Shown: positions 14,066-25,679, numbered from the stretch's first letter. The stretch is 64,000 nucleotides of DNA from Pristiophorus japonicus (GCF_044704955.1 NC_091990.1:28210001-28274000); one strand, 5' to 3'. Numbers and translations are program-made. Notes: generated by a model from the sequence alone, not told the origin.

Positions 14066-14526
14066 CAAAATATGCAACCAATCAGCTACCTGGTTTCCAG
14101 TGATATCACACTTCAAGTTTGTCCCCCTCTCGGGTCAGTGCCGCATTGCTCCCACGGGACGGCTAGCTGCTTTTATGTCCCGCTGCTGCTGATGTCTCCA
14201 ACCAGGACGGCGCCAAAGTTATATTGGAAGACCAGTGGCAATCCTGCAAAATGTCAGGGCCATATTTGAGCAAAGCCCCCAGATTTAATCTCCATTCTGT
14301 ACTGCCAAAGAATACATTGGCAAGAGAGTCGGACTCAAGAATTAATAACATTTTTCCAGATTAAGGTATCCCTGGGTGTGGGGATACAATGAGGAGTGTC
14401 CCATAGTTTAGGAGCAAGGTAAAGCTGCGAGAGCGCTGGAAAGGTGGGACCAACCATTTGGTAGGATTGTATTGAAGTGTCTTGGGTCCCGGATGTAGGA
14501 AATGTGACTGAACGCCAATTGGATAT

Positions 14527-14724
14527 TGTTATATATGAGTAAAGAGTCTGACTAGATACTGTGAGCTCAAAATAAAGTGTGCCCTTAGTCTCCAGAGTGC
14601 CTCTCCAGCTTGTGAGGCCTCCTTAAGTACAGGTGCTCCCAAGGGATTGTGGGATCCCTTGGGACTCCAAGAGATGAGCCCTCTGGTGGCTACACAATGT
14701 ATTTACAGGTTTACATATATAACA
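14527..14724. mobile_element. Solo LTR (198 bp)
   Basis: tgttatatatg...catatataaca terminal inverted repeat; flanks gatat/gatac (5-bp TSD with one mismatch). Confidence 0.8.
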
Positions 14725-15477
14725 GATACAATAATACTTTATTTAAGATGTGTAAAACTTAACAAATTTTAGTACATGAGCGATAGTTTACAGAACCACA
14801 CAGAAAATATTTCACCCGCTCCATCCTGGATAGAAGTTTGTTACACGATGGATGTCTTCCCATCGCCTTTTGCCTCAAAATTACTCTACACTAAAGAGCC
14901 TCGAGTGCTTCTCCTTTACACACCAGAAAACGGAACTACACACAGCCGAATCCAATCAACACGTACTACACTTACTTCCCTTGCTTTTCTAATGTTCCTG
15001 CTTTGATCACACCATGTGCCTGCACCAATCAGTTTCCTGATCATGTCCTGTCTTTCTATCATTGTAACTGAGCTTTGTTCCGGCATCAAAGACAGAATTC
15101 AGTTTGCTGACTCTGCTGTTCCCTAGTTAGTTCCCTATGTTAGTTAGTTACTTACTTATAAATGCTCCCACCAACCTTTCGAGCAGATTAACCCTTTCAT
15201 ACAAGGAGCACTGAGGAGGTTGTGTCCGGCATTATTAGAGGGGAGGCTGCGATCTAATAATGTTGGGACAGACTGTGCAAAGCAATTTACAAGCAGGGTA
15301 GATTGATAGACAGAATACAATACATGTAAGCATGCATCGTAACATTATATTAAACTTTAAAATAAAAGGTCGGGGGCGGCAGAATTGCCCTTCACCCTGT
15401 TTGCGGCGGATAATTTGAATTACTCAAATTATTATTTGAGTAATTCTGCGTTATTATTTGAGTAATTATTTGAGTAA

Positions 15478-17205
15478 AGCTGGGTGGCAGCGTGAGCTGT
15501 GAGGAGGATGCCAAAAGCTGCAGGGTGACTTGGACAGGTTAGGTGAGTGTGGAAATGCATGGCAGGAACAGTATAATGTGGATAAATGTTAGGTTATCCA
15601 CTTTGGTGGCAAAAACACGAAGGCAGGATATTATCTGAATGGCCGCAGATTAGGAAAAGGGGAGGTGCAACAGTCATTGAAAGTTAGCATACAGGTACAG
15701 CAGGTGGTGAAGAAGGCAAATGGTATGTTGGACTTCATAGCTAGGGGATTTGAGTATCGGAGCAGGGAGGTCTTACTGCAGTTGTACAGGGCCTTGGTGA
15801 GGCCTCACCTGGAATATTGTGTTCAGTTTTGGTCTCCTAATCTGAGGAAGGACGTTCTTGCTATTGAGGGAGTGCAGCAAAGGTTCACCAGACTGATTCC
15901 CGGGATGACAGGACTGACGTATGAGGAGAGACTGGATCAACTGGGCCTTTATACACTGGAGTTTAGAAGGATGAGAGGGGATCACATAGAAGGGAGAACC
16001 AGTGGATGTGGTGTATTTGGACTTTCAAAAGGCTTTTGGCAAGGTCCCACACAAGAGATTGGTGTGCAAAATCAAAGCACCTGGTATTGGGCGTAATGTA
16101 CTGATGTGGATAGAGAACTGTTTGGCAGACAGGAAGCAGAGAGTCGGGATAAACGGGTCCTTTTCAGAATGGCGGGCAGTGACTAGTGGGGTGCCGCAGG
16201 GCTCAGTGCTGGGACCCAAACTCTTTACAATATACATTAATGAGATAGATGAAGGAATTGAGTGTAATATCGCCATGTTTGCAGATGACACTAAACTGGG
16301 TGGCAGTGTGAGCTGTGAAGAGGACGCTAAAAGGCTGCAGGGTGACTTGGACAGATTAGATGAGTGGGCAAATGCATGGCAGATACAGTAAAATGTGGAT
16401 AAATGTGAGGTTATCCACTTTGGTGGCAAAAACAGGAAGGCAGAATATTATCTGAATGGTGACAGATTAGTAAAAGGGGAGGTGCAACGAGACCTGGGTG
16501 TCATGGTACATCAGTCATTGAAGGTAGGCATGCAGATACAGCAGGCAGTAAAGAAAGCAAATGGCATGCTGGTCTTCATAGCGAGAGGATTTGAGTATAG
16601 GAGCAGGGAGGTCTTACTGCAGTTGTACAGGGCATGGTGAGATCACACCTTGAGTATTGTGTGCAGTTTTAGTCTCCTAATCTGAGGAAGGACATTCTTG
16701 CTATTGAGGGAGTGCAGTGAAGGTTCACCAGACTGATTCCCGAGATTGCAGGACTGACATATGAAGAAAGACTGGATCGGCTAGGCTTATACTCACTGGA
16801 ATTTAGAATGAGAGGGGATCTCATAGAAACGTATAAAATTATGACGGGACCGGACAGGTTAGATGCAAAAAGAATGTTCCCGATGTTGGGGAAGTCCAGG
16901 GGTCACAATCTAAGGATAAGGGTTAAGCCATATAGGACCGAGATGAGGAGAAACTTTTTCACCCAAAGAATGATGAACCTGTGGAATTCTCTACCACAGG
17001 AAGTTATTGAGTCCAGTTCGTTTAGATATATTCAAAAGGGAGTTAGATGTGGCCCTTACGGCTAAGGGGATCAGGGGGTATGGAGAGAAGGTAGGAATGG
17101 GGTACTGAAGTTGCATGATCAGCCATGATCATATTGAATGGCGGCGCAGACTCGAAGGGCCAAATGACCTATTCCTGCACCTATTTTCTATGTTTTTATA
17201 TTTTT
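15478..17205 (+). mobile_element. Two juxtaposed CR1 LINE fragments (15478-15990; 15991-17205)
   Basis: [27 protein letters not shown] and LEYCVQFWSP motifs; tail tttctatgttt at ~17185-17200. Confidence 0.9.
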
Positions 17206-18717
17206 ATTATCGCCCAGCGGGAGTTGGAGGGAAGAGCCGGAAAATTCGTCTCTTTAACTCTGACACCACCTCCCAGCGCTATGGGGCACTGTTGGAGGCG
17301 GAATTGGGTTGAGATTGGGTTGGTATCCATCACCGCTGTGCTGACCATGTCAGTGCAGCGGTGATGACGCCAGCGTGACACTGACATGCCGCGTCCTGCT
17401 GACGCATCGCAGTATCTCGCCCCGCCACTTAAAGGGCCACTAGGGAGGGTTTCGGCCGGGCCAGTGGCTCGGCACCCAAGAGGGGTGCCAGGCTGTCTAT
17501 TGGCTGCCCGACTAATCCAGTAGCCGCCATTGTCGGGCTGACTCAGGAGTCGGCCAACTATTAAAACAAAATGGCGGCCGCGGCAGTGCGCCCGCCCCTT
17601 TAAGGGCAGCTGCACCGCCCAGCCGCTGGCAGCTTCCCACTGCGCAAACTGTCGGGGGCACCTACCGGCAGCAGCTTTGCTCTCACGCGGCAATTTCCCC
17701 CGCAGGGCTGAAAAGGGGTCGCCGCCTCCGGCCCGGGAGTAGTTGTGGATGGGTCGGCCCCACAGCCTGCCCGACGTCGGAAATGCCTTACCGTCCCGTT
17801 ACCATGGTAACGGGCCTTTTTAAAAAAAAAAGGGGCAACTTCGGTCCCAAAATGTCAGTTTTTATATAATTCTGTGTCTGTACTGAATTATAGAGGCCAC
17901 GCCCCCTCCAGTACATTTCCATTTCATCCAGCGTAACCCAAAGACTAAGGGCCAGAACTTGGTGGCCTTACCACCAGTTGGCGGTGAATTTTTAGGCGGT
18001 CTGCCCTCGGTGCCATTTTGTACTAGGCCTCCTGCCGGCGGGAGGGGAGGACCGCTGGGAACTGCTAGCTGACGGCCGCTAGCGCGCAAGTCACGTGAGT
18101 GACCTCCCGCCCGCCGAGCTGCCATTTTGGTGTGGGCGAGAGTCAGTGGCAGCAGAGGGAAGGACCATTGCTTGATGGCAGGTCTAACCCCAACGGTAAG
18201 AAGACCTGCAAAAAATGGTTAGTGAACTTCTATTTATTTCTTTTCAGCGATTCGGGTGGATGGCGTCCCCTGAAGGTTTTCCATCGGATTTTTTTTGTGT
18301 AAATTTTTATTTTTATGTGTTTCCCCCCGCCCCCCCCTCCCTGGGCCCAACTCAATCCTCGGTGGCACTTTGGCAAGGATGACATTTGCCGCCGAGATTG
18401 GGAGCTCTCGCCCGCTGTCACCCAGATTCACGGCGTAAGTCGTTTTTTTTTGCTGCCGGGCGGTACTGGCAGATCTTTTAGAGGAATCCTCCTGGCAAAG
18501 TGCTGCCCGTTCTCTCGGCGGTCCTTTGGGAGACACTTGGGCGTGCCTTGGCATTAACCAAGTTTGGGCGCTTGGTTTCACGGCCTTAGTTGATCCGCTC
18601 CCAACTCTTAACTCCGGGGTGCAGGTCCGCTACCGCCTCCTGCGAAATTCCGCTGGAGTTAGCGGAGATGGTAACTGGTCACATCCCGCTCTTGCTGATA
18701 GTGCTCCGGGCCGCCGG
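17206..18717. repeat. Unclassified GC/CpG-rich interspersed elements (two adjacent, ~17206-17850 and ~17949-18717)
   Basis: CpG-rich, no credible ORF, internal palindromes, ends resembling gggcc(n)gaa..tt / aacttcggtccc; similar composition at 49030-49845. Class not established. Confidence 0.4.
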
Positions 18718-18900
18718 AACTGGCATCAACAACTCTCTGCGGTAGGGAATTCCACAGGTTAACAACTCTCTGAGTGAAGAAGTTTTTCCTCATCACGGTC
18801 CTAAATGGCTTACCCCTTATCCTTAGACTGTGACCCCTGGTTCTGGACTTCCCCAACATCGGGAACATTCTTCCTGCATCTAACCTGTCCAATCCCATCA
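18718..18900 (-). mobile_element. CR1 3' fragment
   Basis: GLDRLDAGRMFPMLGKSRTRGHSLRIRG...NLWNSLP in ORF 18659-19024. Confidence 0.85.
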
Positions 18901-19157
18901 GTGGATCAGTTAGTATGAATACAGTTGGATCTCTCGATGACATAACATGCGGATCACTCAATGTAAATACTGGTGGATTCCTTGTTTCTATTAGATGCGG
19001 ATCACTTGTCGATATTCCAACCATTCAGACACATTCATTGGAACAAAGAGCACTCACAGAATATCCATTTGTACCCAAACACCCCAAATCGAGGCTCACA
19101 CTCCAGCAGAGAATTGGTTACATCAACCATCGGGAAAATTTGGCATCCAAAGTCATC

Positions 19158-19330
19158 TCATGGCGGGCCTGATTTAATGTATTCAATTTTCTTTGGTTTA
19201 ATATACCTGTGTTTATGTAACATGACAGCTAGTGCTATTATTGTCATTATTATGAGTATAGTCCCCAGAATCTAACTTATGAGGGCTGTATAATAATTGC
19301 AGGAAAGTTCTTGCTTCTGGATAGAATTTT
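19158..19330 (-). pseudogene. Copy C TM/cytoplasmic exon with premature stop
   Basis: ttcag|AA acceptor; ENSIQKQELSCNYYTALIS*ILGTILIIMTIIALAVMLHKHRYIKPKKIEYIKSGPP*; paralogous to 44112-44305. Confidence 0.85.
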
Positions 19331-19823
19331 CTGAAAGTAGAAAAAAATAAGGAAAAAGACTTTAATTCATTGAATAAAAAGAATCATAAAAATAGAAGCA
19401 GCACAAAAAATATCACAAGTAGGTTCTATTCAGTTGCGACTGAGTTTCTACTGGGTAGAGTTGACTAAAATGCTGAGCATTGGCAAATTACTGAACCCTC
19501 AACTTATATGTACTAGCGATGAAAATTATGTGAATTGAATGTGTTTCGTACAGGTTAATTTTCTAAAATAATAAATCGATAACTCAGTCATTATTATGAA
19601 AAAGGAAAGTCTAGCTCCTCCAGTGGCTCAGTGAGTCTCTGCAGTAAGTAGCTGAGTCAGGCAGTCTCACATTCAATATATGCTGAGTTAGCGGATAACA
19701 GCTGGGACAGCGGTACGGATGTGACAATTGGTCTTAATGCTCGAGGGTTATCAGTGAGCCATTCTAAAACTGCACCTTTGTGGTGAGGATAGGATCAGGT
19801 ACAGCTCTGATGCACCATTGATA

Positions 19824-20971
19824 TCATCATCATCATCATCATCATAGGCAGTCCCTCGGAATTGAGGAAGTCTTGCTTCCACTCTTAAAATGAGTCCTTA
19901 GGTGGCTGAACAGTCCAGTACGAGAGCCACAGTCCCTGTCACAGGTGGGACAGATAGTCGTTGAGGGTAAGGGAGGGTTGGACAGGTTTACCGCATGCTC
20001 TTTTCGCTGCCTGCGCTTGCTTTCTGCATGCTCTCGGCGATGAGACTCGAGGTGCTCAGCGCCCTCCCAGATGCACTTCCTCCACTTAGGGCGGTCTTTG
20101 AACAGGGACTCCCAGGTGTCAGTGGGGATATTGCACTTTATCAGGGAGGCTTTGAGGGTGTCCTTGTAACATTTCCTCTGCCCACCTTTGGCTTATTTGC
20201 TATGAAGGAGTTCCGAGTAGAGCACTTGCTTTGGGAATCTTGTGTCTGGCATGCAGACGATGTGGCCTGCCCAGCGGAGCTGATCAAGTGTGGTCAGTGC
20301 TTCAACGCTGGGGATGTTGGCCTGGTCGAGGACGCTAATGTTGGTGCGTCTGTCCCCCCCAGGGGATTTGTCGGATCTTGCGGAGACATCGTTGATGGTA
20401 TTTCTCCAGCAACTTGAGGTGTCTACTGTACATGGTCCATATCTCTGAGTCATACAGGAGGGCAGATATTACTACAGCCTGTTAACCATGAGCTTGGTGG
20501 TAGATTTGAGGGCCTGGTCTTCGAACACTGTTTTCCTCAGCTGGCCGAAGACTGCACTGGCGCACTGGAGGCGGTGTTGAAACTCGTCATCAAAGTCTGC
20601 TCTTGTTGATAAGAGGCTCCCGGGATATGGGAAATGGTCCACGTTGTCCAGGGCCGCGCCGTGAATCTTGATGATTGGGGGGCAGGAATCCCCGCTGAGA
20701 CACTGAAGTATGGCGGAGAGGCACTGTTGGGGCGAATACATGACCTCATCTGTCTCATCTGGAGGGAGGAGAGCATGCCGAGAGATCTCAGAGATGCAGT
20801 GATCATGACCATCTTTTAAAAAATGGGACAAGTCTGACTGCGGCAACTACAGAGGAATCTCCCTGCTATCAGCCACTGGGAAAGTTGTCGCTGGAGTGCT
20901 CCTCAACCGTCTTCTCCCTGTGGCCGAGGAGCTCCTCCCGGAGACACAGTGTGGATTTCGTCCCCTACGGG
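19824..20971. mobile_element. RTE LINE insertion with 5' inversion in the IgC-TM intron of copy C
   Basis: (TCA)n tail at left; minus-strand 3' part to ~20680, then plus-strand RT part; 12-bp TSD gcaccattgata (19812-19823, 20972-20983); empty site in copies B and A. Confidence 0.92.
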
Positions 20972-21109
20972 GCACCATTGATAATCCTCCTAGTAAAAAC
21001 CACTATTAATTTTTCCACATAAATAATAACCTGCCTGAGTATGAGAGTGGCCTGTTACCTTCAGGAGAGATGGAGAGAAAGAAAATTGGTGAGAAAAGCA
21101 AGGACTTAC

Positions 21110-21391
21110 CTGGAATAACAAAACTAAGTGTCCCGGAGATAATTTGATTGACAGCAGCATTTCGTAACACGAATGTATAGTTTGATCTCCTTTCCGTGAC
21201 ATTGATTTCGATAGTGCTTTGGACTGTGTACAGACCATCGGCAGTTTGCTGGTGTGAAGATTTGGACAAAAGGGAATTATTCAGGTTGTCTCCGTTATAC
21301 CAAGAAACATCAGCCTTAGGGTGCCCTCGGGACTAGAACGTTAAAATGGTGCTGGACAGTTTCTGTTTGATCAACAGTATTGGCTCATTGT
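21110..21391 (-). pseudogene. Copy C IgC exon, disrupted
   Basis: Donor CCAG|gtaagt at 21110; in-frame TAG at 21333-21335; acceptor inverted; otherwise colinear with 44931-45218. Confidence 0.88.
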
Positions 21392-21461
21392 TTTAATTTT
21401 GCAGCATACTACAATCATTCAGTCTTGCCTCTTCAGTCATAAATGATACAGTGCCATTGCT

Positions 21462-22600
21462 GAATCATACAATCATAGAAATTTACAGCACGGAAGGAGG
21501 CCATTTCGGCCCATCGTATCTGCGCCGGCCAACAAAAAGCTATCCAGCCTAATCCTACTTTCTAGCACTCTATGGATGAAGAAATTTCCCCTCTAAACCT
21601 CCAATCAATTACTTTAACTCTATGCCACCTGGTTGTTGACCCATCTGCTAAGGGAAATAGGTCTGTCCTCTCCATTCTATCTAGGCCCCTCATAATTTTA
21701 AACACTTTCAATAAGGTCTCCCCTCAGCCTCCTCTGTTCCAAAGAAAACAAACCCAGCTTATCCAATCTTTTCTCATAGCTAAGATTCTCCAGTCCAGGC
21801 AACACCGTCATAAATCTCCTCTATACCCTCTCTTTCATGTAATGTGGTGACCAGAACGTCATGCAGAACTCTTGCTGGTGCCTAACCAGTGTTTTATACA
21901 GTTCAAGCATAACCTCCCGAATAAAGGCAAGCATCCGTACACCACCTTATCTACCTGGCCTGCTACCTTCAGGGATCTGTGGACATGTACTCCAAGGTCC
22001 CTTGCTTCCTCTGCACTTCACCGTGTCCTACCTGTTATGTATGTACTTTTGGAATCACTAGCCACTAGATGGCGTCATTGTTGGAGGCCATTGGGCTGCA
22101 CGCACGTGTGTGCAGCCCAAGTATAAAAGGCCAGCCATTTTGTATATTAGTCACTTTGGACCTTAATAAAGCAGAGCCAAGATCATACCTCTTGGAGTTA
22201 AACAGTACTCAGTCTAACAGTTATTGCATATACAACACTACCATTTAATGTGTATTCCCTTGCCTTGTTAGCGCTCCCCAAATGCATTACCTCACACTTC
22301 TCCGGATTGAATTCCATTTGTCATTATTCTGCCCACCTGACCAATTCAATTATATCGTCCAGAAGTCTACAGCTTTCTTCTTCATTATCAACCACACGGC
22401 CAATTTAAGTATCATCTGCAAACTTTCTAATCATACCCCCTACATTCAAGTCTAAATCATTGATATATATCTTAAAAAGCATTGGACCTAGTACTGAGCC
22501 GTGCGGAACCCCACTGGAAACAGCCTTCCCCTCTCAAAAACACCATCAACCATTACCCTTTGATTCGTGCCTCTGAGCCAATTTGGGATCCAACTTGCCA
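21462..22600 (-). mobile_element. Old CR1-type LINE fragment containing a solo LTR
   Basis: 3' end atcatagaaatttacagcacggaaggaggccattt; reverse-strand FADDT and GSVLGP-like motifs at ~22410-22520; absent from copies A and B. Confidence 0.75.
22033..22237 (+). mobile_element. Solo LTR (205 bp)
   Basis: tgtt...aaca termini, perfect 5-bp TSD ctacc, TATA (gtataaaag) and AATAAA inside. Confidence 0.9.
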
Positions 22601-23570
22601 TGAAGACCTTTGATAAATGCTTAATCTATGTTGCAGAAAAATAGACGACCTAATAAAATAATCATAAAGTTCCTGGTTACCATCTGTCACTTATTTGTTT
22701 TGAGTACAAGGGGTGCAGCACAGAGAGCTGGGGGCCAAGTGCGTACTTGATGTGCGAGTTCTGCACAGGTTGAGCATCCTCAGAAGATGAAAACATGGTT
22801 TGATCACCATTCCATTTCATCATGGGCAGATTAGCCTGACTCTTACTACAGGGAACACCTATTCTCTGTGCACAAAGGTCAGGAAAAAGGAGCAAAGACT
22901 AGTTATGCCAGGTATCCACCTCCTTTAGACTGCCCTGGGATTTCCTGAGCTTCTTCTGAGGGCAGGGAGAAGGACCTGTGACAGCAATAGCCGCACGCCT
23001 AAGAAGCTGATGGTGGGCCTTGTGTTAGAGGCCCACTCAGGTTGGTGGATCTGAGGGGACCCGGCAGCAGAGTGTAGAGGAACCAAAAGGCAGCTGAAAG
23101 TTAAAGAAAGAAATTGTGTCCCACTAAATCTTCTACCATTCTGACTGCTGTTCTCCAACTAACATTTCCTGGCACAAGGCCCTGTAAGGAGTACTAGGCC
23201 TATATCCAGACAAAGCTCAACCTGGAGAGAGGGGTCCAGTTAAACCTGCCTCTAGTGCTACTGTAAGACAACATAAATCTAAATGCTCCAATATAGTGAA
23301 ACTCCTCCAACTTTTAATCCAATCAGTTTAGAGAAAGGTATTTTGAGAAATGTTCCAAGAGCACTAGATTATATAATGGGCTATATTAGCTCGATCCCAC
23401 AGTGTGCTTATTAACATTTAATGAGAAGAAGTTTACAGTACATGGCCTGTTACCCATTCACTATGAATAGAGGGAGAGGATGAATCCCAGGCTACATTGC
23501 CGTAGCATGAGTCAGCAACTTCAGGTAAGATGGGGAACTAAGATAAGAGAAATATGTTCAGTATACTTAC

Positions 23571-23924
23571 CTGCAAATTTGACAGAGACTATTCCTTTCT
23601 CATGCCCAATTGTATTACTGACATAACACTGGTACAGTCCAGTGTCCTCTGGTCTTACTGCTTCCAATTTCAGTGAAGCATTTCCATTTTGAAACTCCTG
23701 TGGGAATAGACTTGTTCTGCCTGAATATTGAGGATGCTGCTTGCTGAACTGGTCGTCTCCATAATAATAACTGTGGACAACCTCATCGGTCTCGACACGC
23801 TGCCAGGTGACAATGAGATTCTCCACAGTTGGTCCTCTAGTCACAGGAAAACTGCATCCTAGCACAGCAATTTGGCCATGGATAGCTGTCACTGGTCCCT
23901 TAATCATCCTGACTTCAAATCCTT
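23571..23924 (-). CDS. Copy C IgV exon (B7-family V-set), intact
   Basis: 354 nt, phase 1-1, cag|...GCAG|gtaagt; LGCSF, VTWQR, VHSYYYG, GRTSLF, GNASLKL, EDTGLYQC. Confidence 0.92.
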
Positions 23925-24197
23925 CTGTGAGTTAAAGGAGGAAGAATAAAATGTTGGAAATCTGAAACCAAAACAGAAAATGCTAAAATAATCCTCACAA
24001 CAGCAGCAACCACTTAAAAGCGTACATACAGTATTACCATATTGCTACCCCACTTTCTCAAATCGTGAAACAATCAGATAAACTCTTAAAAATCAAGATA
24101 TCAATTGTTCTCTTTTGGTTTACAAACATCATTTAATCTCCAACAGGTCACAGCTCTTCCAAAACTATATTGTACATGTCTCGTTTTAGAATTTGCT

Positions 24198-24665
24198 TCC
24201 TACCTCCTCATATCCCATTCTACCTCCTCACATCCCATTCTACCTCCTCACATTCCATTCTACCTCCTCACATCCCATTCGACCTCTCCTCACATCCCAT
24301 TCTACCTCCTCAAATCCCATTCGACCTCCTCACATCCCATTCTACCTCCTCACATCCCATTCGATCCCTCCTCAAATCCCATTCGACCTCCTCACATCCC
24401 ATTCTACCTCCTCACATCCCATTCTACCTCTCCTCACATCCCATTCTACCTCCTCACATCCCATTCGATCCCTCCTCACATCCCATTCGATCCCTCCTCA
24501 AATCCCATTCTACCTCCTCACATCCCATTCTACCTCCTCACATCCCATTCTACCTCCTCACATCCCATTCTACCTCTCCTCATATCCCATTCTACCTCCT
24601 CACATCCCATTCTACCTCTCCTCACATCCCATTCTACCTCCTCACATCCCATGCCATTCTATCTC
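24198..24665. repeat. 20-bp minisatellite (CCTCCTCACATCCCATTCTA)n
   Basis: About 22 tandem units with small variants, in the leader-IgV intron of copy C. Confidence 0.95.
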
Positions 24666-24779
24666 TACTCCGTTACTATGCTCCTCACTATTTACTGCAT
24701 TACCAGGTTCTGTATCATCCACACACTTCAAAATTGTACTCCCTGTACCCAAGTCCAGGTCATTTATATATAACAAATA

Positions 24780-25100
24780 AAGCAATGTTCCTCATACTGA
24801 TCCCTGGGGGACCCCACTTCTCTCCAGTCAGAAAAACATCTGGTCACCACTACTCTCTGCCTTCTATCCCATAGCCAATGATGTACCCATGTTACCACCG
24901 TCCTTTTACTATCATGTGCTTCTATTTTCTGATTAAGTCTGTTATGCGGTACTTCATCAAATGTCTTTTTAAACTCCATATATACATCTACGACACTACC
25001 TTCATCAACCCTCTCTGTTACTTCATCAAAGAACTCAATCAGGTTAGTCAGACACGATTTGCCTTGAACAAATCCATGCTGGCTGACCTTTATTAATCCA
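24780..25100 (-). mobile_element. Degenerate CR1 RT fragment
   Basis: FKKTFDEVPHNRL...RRQRVVV in ORF 24764-24979. Confidence 0.75.
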
Positions 25101-25297
25101 TCCGAACCACAGGAGCAGATTTAACGTCTCAGCCCAAAAACAAACACACTGGATATTATGGGTGCAAGGCAAATACTTGTTGAACCAAATGTGAACAGAT
25201 CCTTAAGTGTAATTCTGTACAAATATTGAACAGTAACAAAAAGCAAATGCAGAACATCACTTCATTCCTTGAAATCATTCAGCTGTTTACGACTTAC

Positions 25298-25349
25298 CAC
25301 TAACTGCGAGTTGTTGCCACAGAACAAGGAAAAGGAATTGAAATTTCAT
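25298..25349 (-). CDS. Copy C signal-peptide exon (coding part)
   Basis: MKFQFLFLVLWQQLAVS + G|gtaagt (phase 1, matches the IgV acceptor); polypyrimidine acceptor tttctttctttaag at 25377. Confidence 0.85.
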
Positions 25350-25679
25350 TCTCAATGCTGATTAGTAGATAAATTCCTTAAAGAAAGAAATACAAGATAT
25401 ATTTTACGTGATCATTAATAAATAAATGAATATACATCAATAAACAGGAATTTGCCCAGGTAGTCACTGTACATGTGTGAGCCCAGAGAGTGAATGTTGG
25501 TCAGCTATTCGACAACGGAAGGCACCACAGCCTAGTCTGACACTGCCCTCACTCGCTGCCCAGAAGGCAAACTCCCAGCAAGTTATTGTGGAGCGATCAG
25601 GGCAGGCTGGATCATTTAACAGGGAGAAATTTTACATCTACAATGCAGTAACAAATAGTCACACTTGCAGGTGTTGGAT

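Larger units (their letters stand above)
19158..25376 (-). pseudogene. B7-family gene copy C: probable pseudogene, or possibly a secreted IgV-only form
   Basis: Leader and IgV exons intact; IgC acceptor inverted (21392-21410); TAG in IgC (21333-21335); TGG>TAG just before the TM helix (19272-19274). Confidence 0.8.

Noticed and set aside
10948-14103. Many long Pro/Arg/Ser/Gly-rich ORFs on both strands
   Set aside because: By-products of a stop-poor GC satellite; no domain or splice evidence.
24105-24874. His/Pro/Ser-rich ORFs in three frames
   Set aside because: Translation of a 20-bp minisatellite.
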